This document shows positions 18,431 to 30,900 of a DNA stretch of 64,000 nt, piece after piece (position 1 is the stretch's first letter; each line of letters starts with the position of its first letter). The notes below the pieces were generated by a model. The model worked only from the letters and a program-made list of their open reading frames with translations, ran no database searches and was not told where the DNA came from. Both the position numbers and the translations under genes were made by a program. The stretch covers positions 45,384,001-45,448,000 of the forward strand of contig CM060733.1 in NCBI GenBank assembly GCA_030704615.1, given 5' to 3'. Source of the stretch: Takakia lepidozioides. Its lineage: Eukaryota > Plantae > Bryophyta.

Positions 18431-19611
18431 CCCACATTATGTCTGAGTTTCAGTGCAGTGTGGTACATTTGCATTTAGAATGCTTCCATCCCAGCTGATT
18501 CACTGAGGACTCAACCAAAACCAATCACAAGGGCAGAGGTCCTGTTGTGTTGAGACAAGAATCATGCCCACCTTCATCACTCCGTGTCTGTGTGTGTGTC
18601 CCTCTCTCTCTCCAAACACGAGGCAGTCTTCTTGGTAGACTCCACATGGCCTTAGCGATGAAGTTTTCCTTCTCCGTTCGTCTCTAACTTCACAGGGTTG
18701 CAAACCTGTCGGCGTCCATCTCAGAAGCATTGCTTTTACAACCCAACAGTCCCAAGCTCAGCTCAGCACAGGTCTACTCCACATTCTGCAGAGTCCCAAG
18801 CTACTTAAACTTACTGCTGTCACTTCCCGTCCCCACCGAGCTGAGACTGATGATCAGCGCTTCTTCGGCAGCTTCCCTCGGGTTTGATGAGGGGAGCGGG
18901 TGATTGGCGTTCACTGCCGATCGTCGAGCTCAGCAGCCATGGTTGGCCGGATGAATTAGCGGTGGCGCCAACGCCGTAGTCGGATTGTGTATCTGTATAT
19001 CCGAACTCCCCTGCCGCGGTTGGTGCATCTGGCGTCTTGTAGGCTGTAGCCTTGACTTCACCAAAGTAACTTGTGCCTTGTATTATTATCTTACACCAAG
19101 ATTCACTTCAGTGGAGTGTTAATGAGCTTCGGATGTGAAGCATATACAAGAGGAGTCCAATCACCACGATGAGGAGGACGAGCAACGTGATGCTCTTCAC
19201 TTAAGACAAGCCACGTCTAACAGATCGTACCCAATACGGAATGCTGACTTGATTTAGGAACCAATCCCTCCTGCAGCCTGCTTCCAGGCAACTTTACGAC
19301 CAAATCATTGGTGGCAAATTTGATCAGGGATTCAGGGCCGAAATAAGTGAGCTGCACATGGGTTCCACTTTGTCTGTTGACATACTCAAGTAACGCTCGG
19401 ATGAAAGTGTGTGAAAACGTGCCTTAAACTGAGGCGGACTGCAGTTATTATTAGGGCCACGTTACAAAGCTTGTGGCCATACTCGCCATTGTCGTGAGCA
19501 TCTAGTCTTCCCCCTTTCCACAATATCTAACCTTGGGCTTTGTGTGGAATGCAACTCTGCAAGCACCAAAGACTGATGAACCTGACAACACCCACCACCA
19601 TGGCTCGACAT

Positions 19612-19715
19612 GCTTGGCTCATTCTAGCACCTCTTTCCTCACACATGCATCCCCCTCTGCCAAGCTTGGCTCATTCTAGCACCTCTTTCCTCACACATGC
19701 ATCCCCCTCTGCCAA
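19612..19715. repeat. Perfect 52-bp tandem duplication
   Basis: GCTTGGCTCATTCTAGCACC...CTCTGCCAA occurs at 19612-19663 and 19664-19715. Confidence 0.95.
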
Positions 19716-19757
19716 ATAAAAGCTGTGAGCCATGTCCACCCATTCATTGTTGGAGCC

Positions 19758-20020
19758 TAGGGAATTCCAAAAAGGCCTTGATGTGAAATGCATCGCAATT
19801 CACTTGATCAGTGCGCAATTCAATTGAATTGCAAGGGCAATTCAATTGAACTAACCCTAATTTGCAATTCAATTGAATTGTAATCTATAATTTTTAACTT
19901 ATTTTTGTATATAATATATAATATATTATCATGTATATGTATATGTATATGCATCGTATACACATATACATACGAGAGCATAAGCTGAATATACATGTTG
20001 CCCGTCTATTCCTGCTGCCC
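19758..20020 (+). mobile_element. Second copy of the MITE-family left end (no partner end in window)
   Basis: TAGGGAATTCCAAAAAGGCC... aligns with 17418-17680 up to GCCCGTCTATTC.TGCTGCC, then diverges. Confidence 0.85.
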
Positions 20021-20099
20021 ATCCATCCTTTGCTTGTCGTAAGGCCTAAGTCACGAGATGAGTCGCGTAGCCTAAAGGAGAGAGATGAGAGAGAGATAT

Positions 20100-20320
20100 A
20101 TACTAGTAGAGGTATCGTCATTAGGTTGTAGCCTTGTTTGATATATCTACAGAGGTATAATATTTCATTTTACAAGAAAAGTTGGCCAAATTAATCTATA
20201 TTTATGCGGAGGTATCGTCATGAGACAGTAGCCCTGTTTAGTATACCACCAGAGGTATAGCGCCTGACTTACAAAGAAACTTGGTCAAATCAGCCTATAT
20301 GCAGGTTGAGGTATCGAAAC
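20100..20320 (-). repeat. About 2.3 units of a ~98-bp repeat, inverted relative to 21745-22150
   Basis: GAGGTATCGTCAT..G..GTAGCC.TGTTT..TATA recurs and is the reverse complement of the downstream array unit. Confidence 0.75.
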
Positions 20321-21744
20321 CAGACCGGGATAAAAGAGAGGAAGTGCAAGGATTCCCCGAAGCTCAGTCCCAAACATTACATCCAGAACATAATCAAAAC
20401 AAGACCTTGTCAATTCCTGAAGTTCGCATAGCAATGGACTTACAATTGCATCTATCTCGCCAACAATATGCCGCTCCGTCATATCTCCTCAATGCAAGAC
20501 CAGCAAGCACAAATCTGCATTGTGGGTTGAAATCTCACCTAAGGTTAAGTTGGCAAAATAAAAAGGGTGGAAATAGATGGAAATACATAACATAATTTTG
20601 GATGGCTGTTAGGGACAACTTAACACACCAAATTACCGTTATTATGGTTATTTTGAAGATGTTAGAAGGGGAATGGAGCCCATTATTGAAAGCCCATTAA
20701 TATGCTAATAAGCCTGTTAAGAACCTAAAAAGATAACCACCATGAAGCCCATTATTGAAAGTGAACGAACGGAACACGCGCTAGAAGTTTAGGAGATCGT
20801 GCCATAATGACAGCAGCCAAAATTGAATCGAAATGATACCATTGTTTCTCAATAACTCCAAGGAAGTCAGCAACTCACTTCCTAGTGATGGAAGCATAAG
20901 GAAGGAGACTTCTCTCGTGTTCTTTTCAGCGAGTGAAGCCAAGTGATAATTCTTGGTCCATATCTGTTGAATTACAAAGACAGCGCACACACACCAACAA
21001 AGGCATTTCAAGGAAGGTGTCTCATTAGCATAACTCGCCCTGAACTCATTGACAGCCATACTACCCACCCTAGCTTTCACTTCACGCTGCAACTACAAAA
21101 GTAAGTCTCCCGGGGACCTCTGTGCTTCTCTGCGAATTTACCACTTCCCTCTGCTCCCCCCTTCAACTCATCATGATGTCAATTGCATCCCCTCTCTCTT
21201 CTCCCATACCATAACCTCTCTCAATTTTCTATGTCAACGAGAGAGGAAAGAAGGAAAGAGAAAGCAGAAGTTTGTTGCGACCACAGGAGTGCGTCACAAT
21301 GTAACCCCCAATCTAAGAAACCCAAACATTGCTTGGCGATGGAGTGCCTCATGCAGGTAGAATGCTAGTCAATTTATTCCTTGTAACTGAAGCCCACTGC
21401 CAGGGAATTTCTCTACACTATCGTTTCTTATATATCATAGTTACAGTATCTTCATTCAGACTGCCGGCGCTCTCTGAAAAATGACAAGCATTTATGCTCA
21501 CGTGTATAGTGTATCTCTAAAGTGGCCATATTGTATACCTCAAGTAAGCCAATCCGGGTGTTTTTTTCAGAAGTTTAGAGCTCAAGTAGGTTACTGAAGA
21601 ATTAAGCCAGCACACAATGGAAGATTGCTAACCGTGTGACACTTGAGCATTGGTGACAAAACCCTGCCAATTCCTCACAACGTGCAGGGAATTCCAAAAA
21701 TTCCCATTGTTTAATGGATCTCAACTCACAAATGCACCAACCTC

Positions 21745-22150
21745 TATAGGTATACCAAAGAGGATCACTACTACATAACGACGATACCTCTACTAGCATA
21801 TATAATTAAGTTTCTTTGTAAATCAAGCGTTATACCTCTATTGGTATACTAATCAGGGCTACTACCTCATGACAATACCTCCACATAAATATACACTGAT
21901 TTAGCAAAATTTATTTATAAATCAAACGCTATACCTCTGTAGGTATACCAAACAAGGAAACTACCTCATAACGATACCCTTACCTACATATAGTCTAGTT
22001 TTGACTAAGTTTCTTTGGAATCAAGCGCTGTACCTCTGTGAGTATACCAAACAGGGCTAGTACCCAATGACGATACCTCTACCTGCATATAGACTAATTT
22101 ACCAAAACTAACTAAGTTCCGTTGTAATCAAGTGCTATACCGCTACACCT
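21745..22150 (+). repeat. About 4 units of a ~94-99-bp tandem repeat
   Basis: GTATAC(C/T)AA...CTAC...A(T/C)GAC(G/A)ATACCTC...AAGTTTCTTTG..ATCAAGCG.TATACCTCT, with units starting near 21750, 21844, 21943 and 22042. Confidence 0.8.
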
Positions 22151-22859
22151 GCGCAAAGGGCGTCCATTCAGTAGAGGTTGAAACTTGACTTGGGCATCTC
22201 AAAGTAGACTCCTAACCTATCATGCCAAGTGATACCATTCATCATCATACCTGTCATACCTATCATCATCATGCCAAGTGTAAGGTTGTTGACCACTTAT
22301 GTGAGAAAAACAAATGTTACATGGAAGCAAAAAAATTCCACTTTGTGGTTGTATAGGCTACAGGAGTGTTCGAGAACCTGGAGAGATAGACCTCTCGGTG
22401 GCTATGGAAGCTATACAGCAGTTGGAGAAACCATGACTCCAATCAACAAAACACAAGTTATCAGATTTTAAACTCAAGCTACATGACATATAAGAGACAA
22501 GGGTGCAGCTATAAGTCCTGGTTGAATATTCGTGTCTCCATGAGTGTATATTCAGATTTTTATTACTCTATGCAAAATTCTTAGATTATGAATAGAGGGT
22601 TCTTGAAATTGAGGCAAGTTGGTCATCATTGTCTCATATGTGGGGCAGACAAAGATTGTTGGAGATAAAAGGCAGCCTCATGAGCCTCACGTTGTGCACT
22701 TCCCAATGAAACCCAACAATTTCACAACCCTCCAGAGATCGTACAACCCAGGCCCTGCCCCCAAGTAGTATGGTTGGGGGATGATAATGGTTTAGGGTGT
22801 ATGGTTCAATATGGACAATGGATATGATGAAGGGAAAAGATGACATTTATTTAACAGAA

Positions 22860-24660
22860 ATCCTCAAAGTACGTGACATAAAACAATTATCTTTGAATGT
22901 GATTGTCCCACTTATTCACTTAATCACAATTACATACAAGAGCTTGTGTAATTAAAAGTTGGAGAGCTTCCCTACTTAACACGGTATTACCAATGAGGTC
23001 CAATTGATCAAAATATCTATGTTCATGTGTTGTCAAACCACAATACCGAGACATGTAGTAGTGGAGATGAAAACAAGAGATCGAATCCTTCCCAACCTTT
23101 CCAATTTCATAAGCTTGTGCACGGACACGAACCATGTCAGGAATGAGTTCAGCTCCTTTGGTGGGAAGGTCATGCAAACCACCTGCACATCGCCACCTTT
23201 GATTCCCACGAGGCCCCAAGTCTTGGTTACCAATGTGTTGGGGGTCTTCCCTAAATCGTGGGTCATCAATAAGTTGGCTGGTCCATCTACATGATCAAAC
23301 ACATCACCACATTAGAATAACATTCCAATGTAAATTGTAGCTTAAGAATGAAAGTACAAACAAGAGAAAACCATGAGCTTACCCATGCAAACGTTCATAC
23401 TCGCGAAAGAAACGAGCAGGAACATGTGATCGACGATATCGACCGTTTTCATTAATCGTGCGAACTCGATGTCCATTCCAAATCTTCACATATTCATCAA
23501 CAGCTTCTTGTACTATGGGCATATATACGTCAATAAAAGATTATCGTTGCCACGGATTGTCCATATCCAATAATCCATCATTGACCATTGCTTGGAAGCA
23601 ATTTTTGTAGTAGAACATTACCTTCTCCCATAGATGCCGCCAAAAGTGTTCAATCCTCTAACGTGGTGATTACACCACACAAAATATTAGAAATATGCAC
23701 AATATTACACACTCAATGATTAATAAAGATGAACCAAGAAATATGACAGAAACGTAAAGTTGATATGCAAGATAGAATTGTATAGAACACTAACCTGATT
23801 GTGTGTGGAAGACCCAGTCAAGTACGGATTGGGTATTTTAGAACGTGTGGCTTCAATGTGTTGTTTTATAAGAGAGTACTCTAATGCAAAATCAGATCGA
23901 ATTCGTAAAGATGCTCCAAACTTGCAAACTGCATCGTGATATCATTTGAAAATGGTTTTTTCTTTCTTGTTTCTTGCAACGTTCGCCCATAAAACAAAAT
24001 GAGAGGCCCCATCAATGCCAGCATGTACTCGAAGACCAAACATAACCAATTTGTCATAAGCTACACCACGAATTGCATACATGTTTTAGTTTGCCTACAA
24101 TTTTGTGTGATATGTAATGCAAGAAAACGTCTTGCATGTGCATCTTCAAAGAACATTAAGATGCATGAGATAAAATACTTACAGTCAATGTGCCATAGAG
24201 CCATAGGCATTGTCACATTATACTGAGTCCTCCGAATTGCCTGTGCCCTTCTCCTACGCTCATAATGGTAGGGTGAGATGATTTTCAAAGCTTCCCCCAC
24301 CTTCCTTCGAGGAATCCGCCAATTTGACCTCCTTAAGGCAGATTGCACTGTTCTCATTCCCCAATTTGTCCCATTCTCTTCAATAGGAAGTAACTCTTGA
24401 ATCTTTTCACACAAGCGTTGGACACTCAATTGATGATGAATTTTGAAAAGAGACCCTTGGACTTCTGATAGCAATCTTCTATTGGTCGTACATCATCAAA
24501 AGAAAGGGCAGTGGCGATTGATTTCATTGTGGCATCCTCATTCAACATTGCTTCCACATAAAGTACTAAATCATCCACTACTTTGTCACCATCCAAATGG
24601 TTGTTTTCTATGCTCACATGATCTGTCTTATCTCTGCTTAATAGCCCCAGTGCCAATGCC
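22860..24660 (-). pseudogene. Intron-containing DDE integrase-core transposase, IS3EU/IS481-like
   Basis: Exons at about 24660-24184, 24060-23795 and 23657-23382 splice (GT-AG) into ...YNVTMPMALWHIDSYDKLVMFGLRVHAGIDGASH...RIRSDFALE...TGSSTHNQRIEHFWRHL...WNGHRVR. The D-D-E triad is intact. There are two in-frame stops and a frameshift near 24490. Confidence 0.8.
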
Positions 24661-24899
24661 TTCGACCTTGCCCTTGTTGTAATTGTTTGCTGTTAATTCT
24701 GTAGTCACTGCATCCACTCACACACTCCCCATAGGACTTACGTCACCAAAGTTCACATAGGCTATCAAGTAGATGAACCAAATGTACTTTGAAACAACAA
24801 CTACTCTATCCTAAAATGTATTAGCAAACCACAGTACACAGTGTGGGCGGGTTGAAGACAAACCATGTGATCAAGCTCTTTCTTTCAGTGTGTGTGTTG

Positions 24900-25967
24900 A
24901 GGAGCGTTTATCAACCTCGATATTGTCTCAACACTCTCCCTGTAATCCCCCTTCGAGACAGGATGGTTATGGAATCCAAAATGCACACAAGCTCTCGTCA
25001 TTGTATTCAAACGGTGGACAACATAGTACATTCTTGCTCCGTAGAGCGCCAAGCAGGATGGCACAAGTTTGCAGAATTTGCAGACGAAAGTGTTTGCCGG
25101 TGGAGGGGCAGTCCCAGGCTGAAATGGATTTTCCGCCAGACCCTCCCATTCGCTTTGATTATGAACACCAGACTGAAGAAAGTGTCTGCAATTCAAATTA
25201 TCACACCTAAGGTGTCCATTGCAAACTGTCCTCCTGAAAACAAGCTTGTCATCATTCTGAATATTGGATGTTTTTGTTCTGCACCACGGGTGCCCGTCGT
25301 GTTTCTTGTCTATTCCATGCATCATGATTGTTACACCTCCAACTCGCGGAGGAGGAGGCAGCTCGAATAGGATATCGCCATCAAAAGTCTCCGGCAAGAA
25401 CTGCACAGGCACCTGCTTCAAAGATTCCCAATCAATTCCCCGCAACTCACTTTTGAATCCAGCCATTCCTCCCATCGCCCGCAATTTTGGAATGACACTA
25501 CAAATCTCTTCTTCATCAGCTTCTGCAACCACAGTAGGAAGGACTGGATTTGGAATTTCACTTATGTCATCATCGGAAGAATCCGAAAGCTCAACGATTG
25601 GAGTGGAGGAAATCTGTTCTTTTTTCACCACCACTTCCCTCTTGTCTTCAACGACCGAAGCAGCAGTCCCGGGCGTCACATATGACCCAAGGGACTTTCG
25701 CCGAGGCTCTCCAAGTACTCTGTATCGACCAGGACGCACTCTCCACTGGCTGATATGAGCCGTCTCATCACGGTTTTGGAAAGAATATTTCACCAACTTC
25801 CCTTTCAGATCGTAAACCTCTTTCTCCAAAAAGATGGAGCCATTCTGCAGCTGAAAACGGGTAGCCAAGACATGTTCCAGAACAATTGCAAATCCATTGT
25901 CAAGGACTTCCTGGGAGAACGGCACTGGTTTGTCGTCTGAGAAGAACTCCGCTTCAGAGGAAGCCAT
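24900..25967 (-). pseudogene. 5' half of the MULE transposase, with a WRKY/GCM1-like zinc-finger region
   Basis: DGHPWCRTKTS..C.GHLRC...C...CKFC..C.ARMYY...ACVHFGFHNHPV. The ORF breaks after ETISRLI. Confidence 0.7.
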
Positions 25968-26821
25968 CTTCCTTCCTCGAGTATGTTTGTACCTTGCTAT
26001 CGCAGATCTAGTGTAAATCGGTTTACTGCTGTCTCCAGAACACAGTTGAAGAATGAGCAGAGAATATGGCGGAGGAAGCTCAGATAACGACTGTGCATAT
26101 TCTGTTATTCATTCCAGATATGCAGCCGTCCATTTTAATTACTTTTCTTGTGGGCCCAGTGGTCAGAGTATCCCTAGGGGCAGTGTCGGCAACTGTTAAA
26201 CCGTTAATCAGAACCTCATCAATAAACCCAATAACAAAGTCGACTTCCTGGAAGCATGCCACAGGATCTGAGAATGGGATTGCAGATTAAGTATATGTAT
26301 CTATATACTACTACCAATGATCATGCGCACCTGGAAAGTTCCAAATGTGAAACGAATGTGGGGTTTGGATAACAAGGATGACCGTGTATGATATTCCAAA
26401 ATTTGTCATCAAACTCTCGTTCATTTATATTTATTTGTTTAAGACTGCGCATCAATTTCTGGGATTCGCTGTTCTTTTTAAATATTGAACCCGTTATAAT
26501 AAAGAACACGTCGGTTTTTTTGGGCGGCACACGTCAGACATCCATAACTGAATACGAACAGCTGTACACCAATTGCTGGCATGTGCACTAATAAGGAAAC
26601 GACTATGTGTAACGGTCACGCGGGAGGGAATCCGATGCTTCTAGAGACATGCAAGAACACAGGCAATCCCGCAAGAAATCGGGAGTCACTGCGTTTTTCT
26701 ACTTTTCGCGCTTAGAGGGAGAGTGGTAGTCAAGCTGGAGAGGGTTCCTTCTAGAATACGAAAGAGAAGAAAGTCTCTTTATTTTACTTCCCTTAGAGAG
26801 AGACGCAAAGCAAGAGAGAAA

Positions 26822-29800
26822 ATGACGAGGCGTCGTTTGTTGGAGAACACAGGGCCAAGGCAGCAGGTGAACGCGGAGACTGATTCACAAGAGCAGACGG
26901 AGACTGAGGCAGCGGCTGCGACACAGTCGGCGATAAGAGTGCGCCAGCCTGTGGAGGCAGAGATGATTCGCAGGGACACTGAAGAAGGTGGAAGCACGCG
27001 GAACGCCGAACCTGAAGAAGGTCAAGAAACCCTTGCGCAGACAGAAACTCCAGCAGATGTGAGAGGGAAGAGGAAAGCTGCAGAAGGGGATCAAATTTCA
27101 AAACCTAAGAAGGTGCCAGTAAGTTTTATCATATAGTCTGTCTGATTGCCTTTCAAGGAGTCCTTCCTCTTCCATTCTTTAGCAGGAACTACTGAATCGC
27201 AAGCGTCGTTAACGCCATTCGATTCTCCTCATGAGATTTATGTACCTATGTGTTTGAAGAGAGAGTCTGCACTTACTATTCTCCCTAAACTACACTGAAT
27301 GTCGTTGCCCGCCAATCAGTTGCACATGTATGTCATTACACAACACCGATCCGGCAGGTTGTTATCTTTTGTGATTGTCGTTAACGTCGTTCGCTATCGC
27401 TCTCGCTTTTGTTTTGAATACGGCAGTCTCGGCTTTGCATGTGTAGATTGTGCTGAATTCTTTCACACCATTCATGGTGAGTTTCCTTGATACAGAGTGA
27501 TGGTCGTTACCGCCATTCACTATTTGCAAATCACTTAGTCAGAACTGAATGGCATCGTGCAGAAAACTGTGAGGTCGAAGCCTACAGGATCAGAGGGGAA
27601 AGGATCTGGAGATGGGGACGAGTCCGCAAAAAGCTCAGAGAATACAGATGAAGCAGATGAATCCGAAGTGCACTACCTTGACAAGGTGAAAGAACTCATG
27701 TCATTCCAGAAGGTAAACTCTCAGGAGGTTATAAGGGACATGCTCGTATCTGGAGGGCGTCTGGACATACCTCTGTGCCGGATGATATCAATGCCTATTG
27801 TGCGTCCACCTCTTTCCCATGACATAACAAAATTGGAGAGTGATTTTGTGCATGGATATAGACTTGGTGCACAAGTTTTTTATGTGTCACTGACGGATAT
27901 AAATGGGAAAAGCACATTAGTTTCTCCAGAGATCAGTGATAACTGGGATGAGTGCTGGAAAGATGCAAATGAGGAGTTCGAGCTGGGCCTCATGATGGGA
28001 AAGAACACCCAGCAATTCTGCAACCACATGTTCTACGTCTGGGACGGCAACCACCGATTGCTGGCATGGATGGGATACATTCAGAAACACCATTCGAAAG
28101 ACAAAGACAAGCATGTTGCTGTGGAGGCAATGGTTTTGGATCCAGGAAACGACATCGCTAGGCTTCTTACAGCTATGCACGACGTGAACAAGTAAGTCAT
28201 CCAGGAGATTTCATTCCCTCTGTAGTGTCTTGTTAATCCTCAAAAAACAGTGTTAAGGAATGCAATGTTTCCAATGTTTTTGCAGATCGACAGAGAAATC
28301 GCATGTGACAACAAGCTTGGTTCACACACTATTCCGAATTCAGAGGATTGGTCTGATGAAGCTGGATGATTTTCGGACAGTACTACCACCCAATATCATC
28401 AAGAAGTGCGAAACAGGAAGAGCTGCAGGCACTTGGTATTCTTTGACACGAGAGGCGTTTCTGGAATACATGTATGCGGTAAGCCCGAGTCTGTAATCTG
28501 TTTACTTTTCGAATACATATTTGTAGTCCCTTCGGAGCTAATCACTACTTGAATGAATGCAGCAAGAACTGGCAGAGGCAGCTGAGAAGGGAAAATCCGA
28601 ATATTACCGCACTACACCAGAGGAACTAAGGACATCAAAGGGTGTGGAAGCTGCAATAAAGAAGGAGTTTGAGATGCGAAGAACCAAATTGATGTCAGCC
28701 TTCGGAAAGCAGCTTAGAATAGTAGATCCTGACGACATTCACTTCTATGTCTGTGTCATTTCTACACGATTATTTGCATTCACCTGGATTAGGATGTATT
28801 TACAGTGTCATGGAATGGAATGTTCTGAATGGCGTTGACGACATTCATATCTGGAGCAGTAGTGTGGTCCTGAAAGGTCCTTGGAGCAGTTGTCAGAGCC
28901 ATTTCAATCTATGTTTTATTCTTTCTGTTCTACTTGCATCTTACTCACTGAGCGCTTTTGTGGGTTGGGATTTATCTCCTTTTTTCAGGTACACGAAATA
29001 TGTGCTTATGGAAGGAAATCACCTGAGCGGAATTCCCGACTATCTTGACATGTGGTCGGACCCTGCAAACGATCCAACCATGTATACTGCAGGGATATTG
29101 AAGGACTGGAGTCCTTCTCACTTCAGAGACTATGGGTGGTACCTTGACTGCCCACCTGAGCACACGACCTTTCAAGAACAGCATATGAAATACTTGAACA
29201 ATAACGCTGAGATGCTGGCGCCTTTGACTGACGAAGAGTATCAACGAAACATAGCAACCTTGGCTGCCAAGGAGCCTGATGCTCAGGGAACGCCGCAGAA
29301 GGGAAAGAAGGCGGGCCGCAAACCAAAAGACAAGGCTGTTGATGTCATAGCCATCTCACCAGCAAAGCCAAAGGACAAAGACAAGTCCAAAGAGAAGGAA
29401 AAGGACAAGGGGAAGGAGAATGAAAAGGAGATGGAGAGTGGGCAGGACTTTAGTGCTGGAAGATATACCCGCACTCTTCAGTGCGTGTTCGATGCCAAGC
29501 CACACCCTTCCCGTTCTGATTCAGCAGGAGAGATGAAAATTGTTAATGAGGGTTGGCTTTCGATGATGCAGAGTCGAAAGAGAGGATACACTGGGGTGCC
29601 ATCCCCTACCTGGGACAATATAATCTCATTCCTCAATCTGGTGAGAATTCCAGTTTCTTTCCTTTTTCTCTGAAAGTTTCGTTGGCAGTATTTCAGTCTC
29701 GTTCTTTGAAAACATTCTTGCCATCGTTCTTATAAAAAACATGTCTGTTGCAGGTGAGCACAGGTCCCACCTTCGTGTGCGGTGTGCAGAAAACTTATGC

Positions 29801-30900
29801 AGCCGACATTGTCATTCTCGACATCCCGGATGGCCAGGCTGTGCCAGAAGTTCTTCCAAAGGGCAAGACGCCAGGCTGGAACAAATTCGAGGACAACTAC
29901 TGGAGTTGGGTGTTCGGGTTCTGTAACAATTTCCTCTCTGATGCAGGGACACTTCTGCTTTTTCAGTCATGTGACAATGATAGTCGTCGGGCATTGGCAT
30001 CATACCTCAAGTCTTCAGGGTTTGAAGTTTTGCGCACATGGAATTGTGTGAACAGCCTCTACCTTGTGAAAGGGGGTTTCCCTGGTCAGCTGGTATGCCG
30101 TCTCCCTTCTGCTTGTGCTTTGATCATGAGTTTCAATTTTCTCTGCAGCTCCACTCTAGTAGAATGTTTTATGATCGACACCGATCATCAACGATTCATG
30201 ATTTTTTTGTGTCAGAGTTCTGAATAGCCTATGTACACACTTCCACTATAGATTGTGTTTACCACACTAACCTGCTATCTTTGCCAGACGAGGATGTTCG
30301 AGGCGATCTGCCTGCGGAGGATTCGCACATCAAAGACACCATCCTCCATCCACAGCTTTGAGATTTCTGACCAGGGTTGTTTCGTCAACCCCCCCTATGA
30401 GCCCCATGTCGATGACATTTTGTACAACTTCATGCACTCCAGTCAGACTCTGAAGAGACCAGATGGCACTCCCTGGAGAGGTGCAAAGGAAAAGTCACCA
30501 GCATTCATGCAAATACTGCTGGAGTCATGCAGCCACCGCTCTGCACGGGTGGTCGATCTTTCTGTGTCCACAGGTTCGTTTTTTCCCTTCCGAATTGGTT
30601 TCCTTTCAACAGTTTCATCTGCTTAAATCCCCCCCTCCAAACTGTTCATGTTCTCCTGTCTGGTGCAGGAGCAACTTACCACGCATGCAAGGCAGGCGGA
30701 AGAAGCCTTTTTGGCATGGAGGGTGATTCTGACCTCTACAACACCGTGCTCCTCCCCCTTTTGTCTGGCTCCACTTTAGGCACACAGACTGATCGGATTC
30801 AAATTCGAAATGATGACGATCCCGAAGATAAGCAGGTCGACAACGACTTTTCATGTGAGTAAGTGCTAAACCCTCTTTGGGAGTCATACTCAATTTCTCG
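26822..30900 (+). CDS. Multi-exon ParB/Sulfiredoxin-like domain + beta-class N6A/N4C DNA methyltransferase-like protein (TE cargo, possibly damaged)
   Basis: Exons at about ...-28191, 28286-28478, 28563-~28793, 28989-29640, 29754-30092, 30288-30573 and 30669-~30855, phase-consistent where checked. ParB motif VWDGNHRLLAW (DGNHR at 28043-28057). MTase: DIVILDIPDG (DIPD at 29820-29831), FLSDAG, W, EKSPAFMQILLESCS..ARVVDLSVSTGATYHAC..GRSLFGMEGD..LY. The 5' and 3' exon limits are uncertain, and one donor near 28793 looks mutated. Confidence 0.7.

Noticed and set aside
21745-22150. CRISPR-like array
   Set aside because: Whole units are similar, there are no unique spacers or cas genes, and the context is eukaryotic.
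26822-30900. Bacterial or phage contamination as the source of the ParB-MTase gene
   Set aside because: The gene has multiple phase-consistent spliceosomal introns and lies within a eukaryotic TE.
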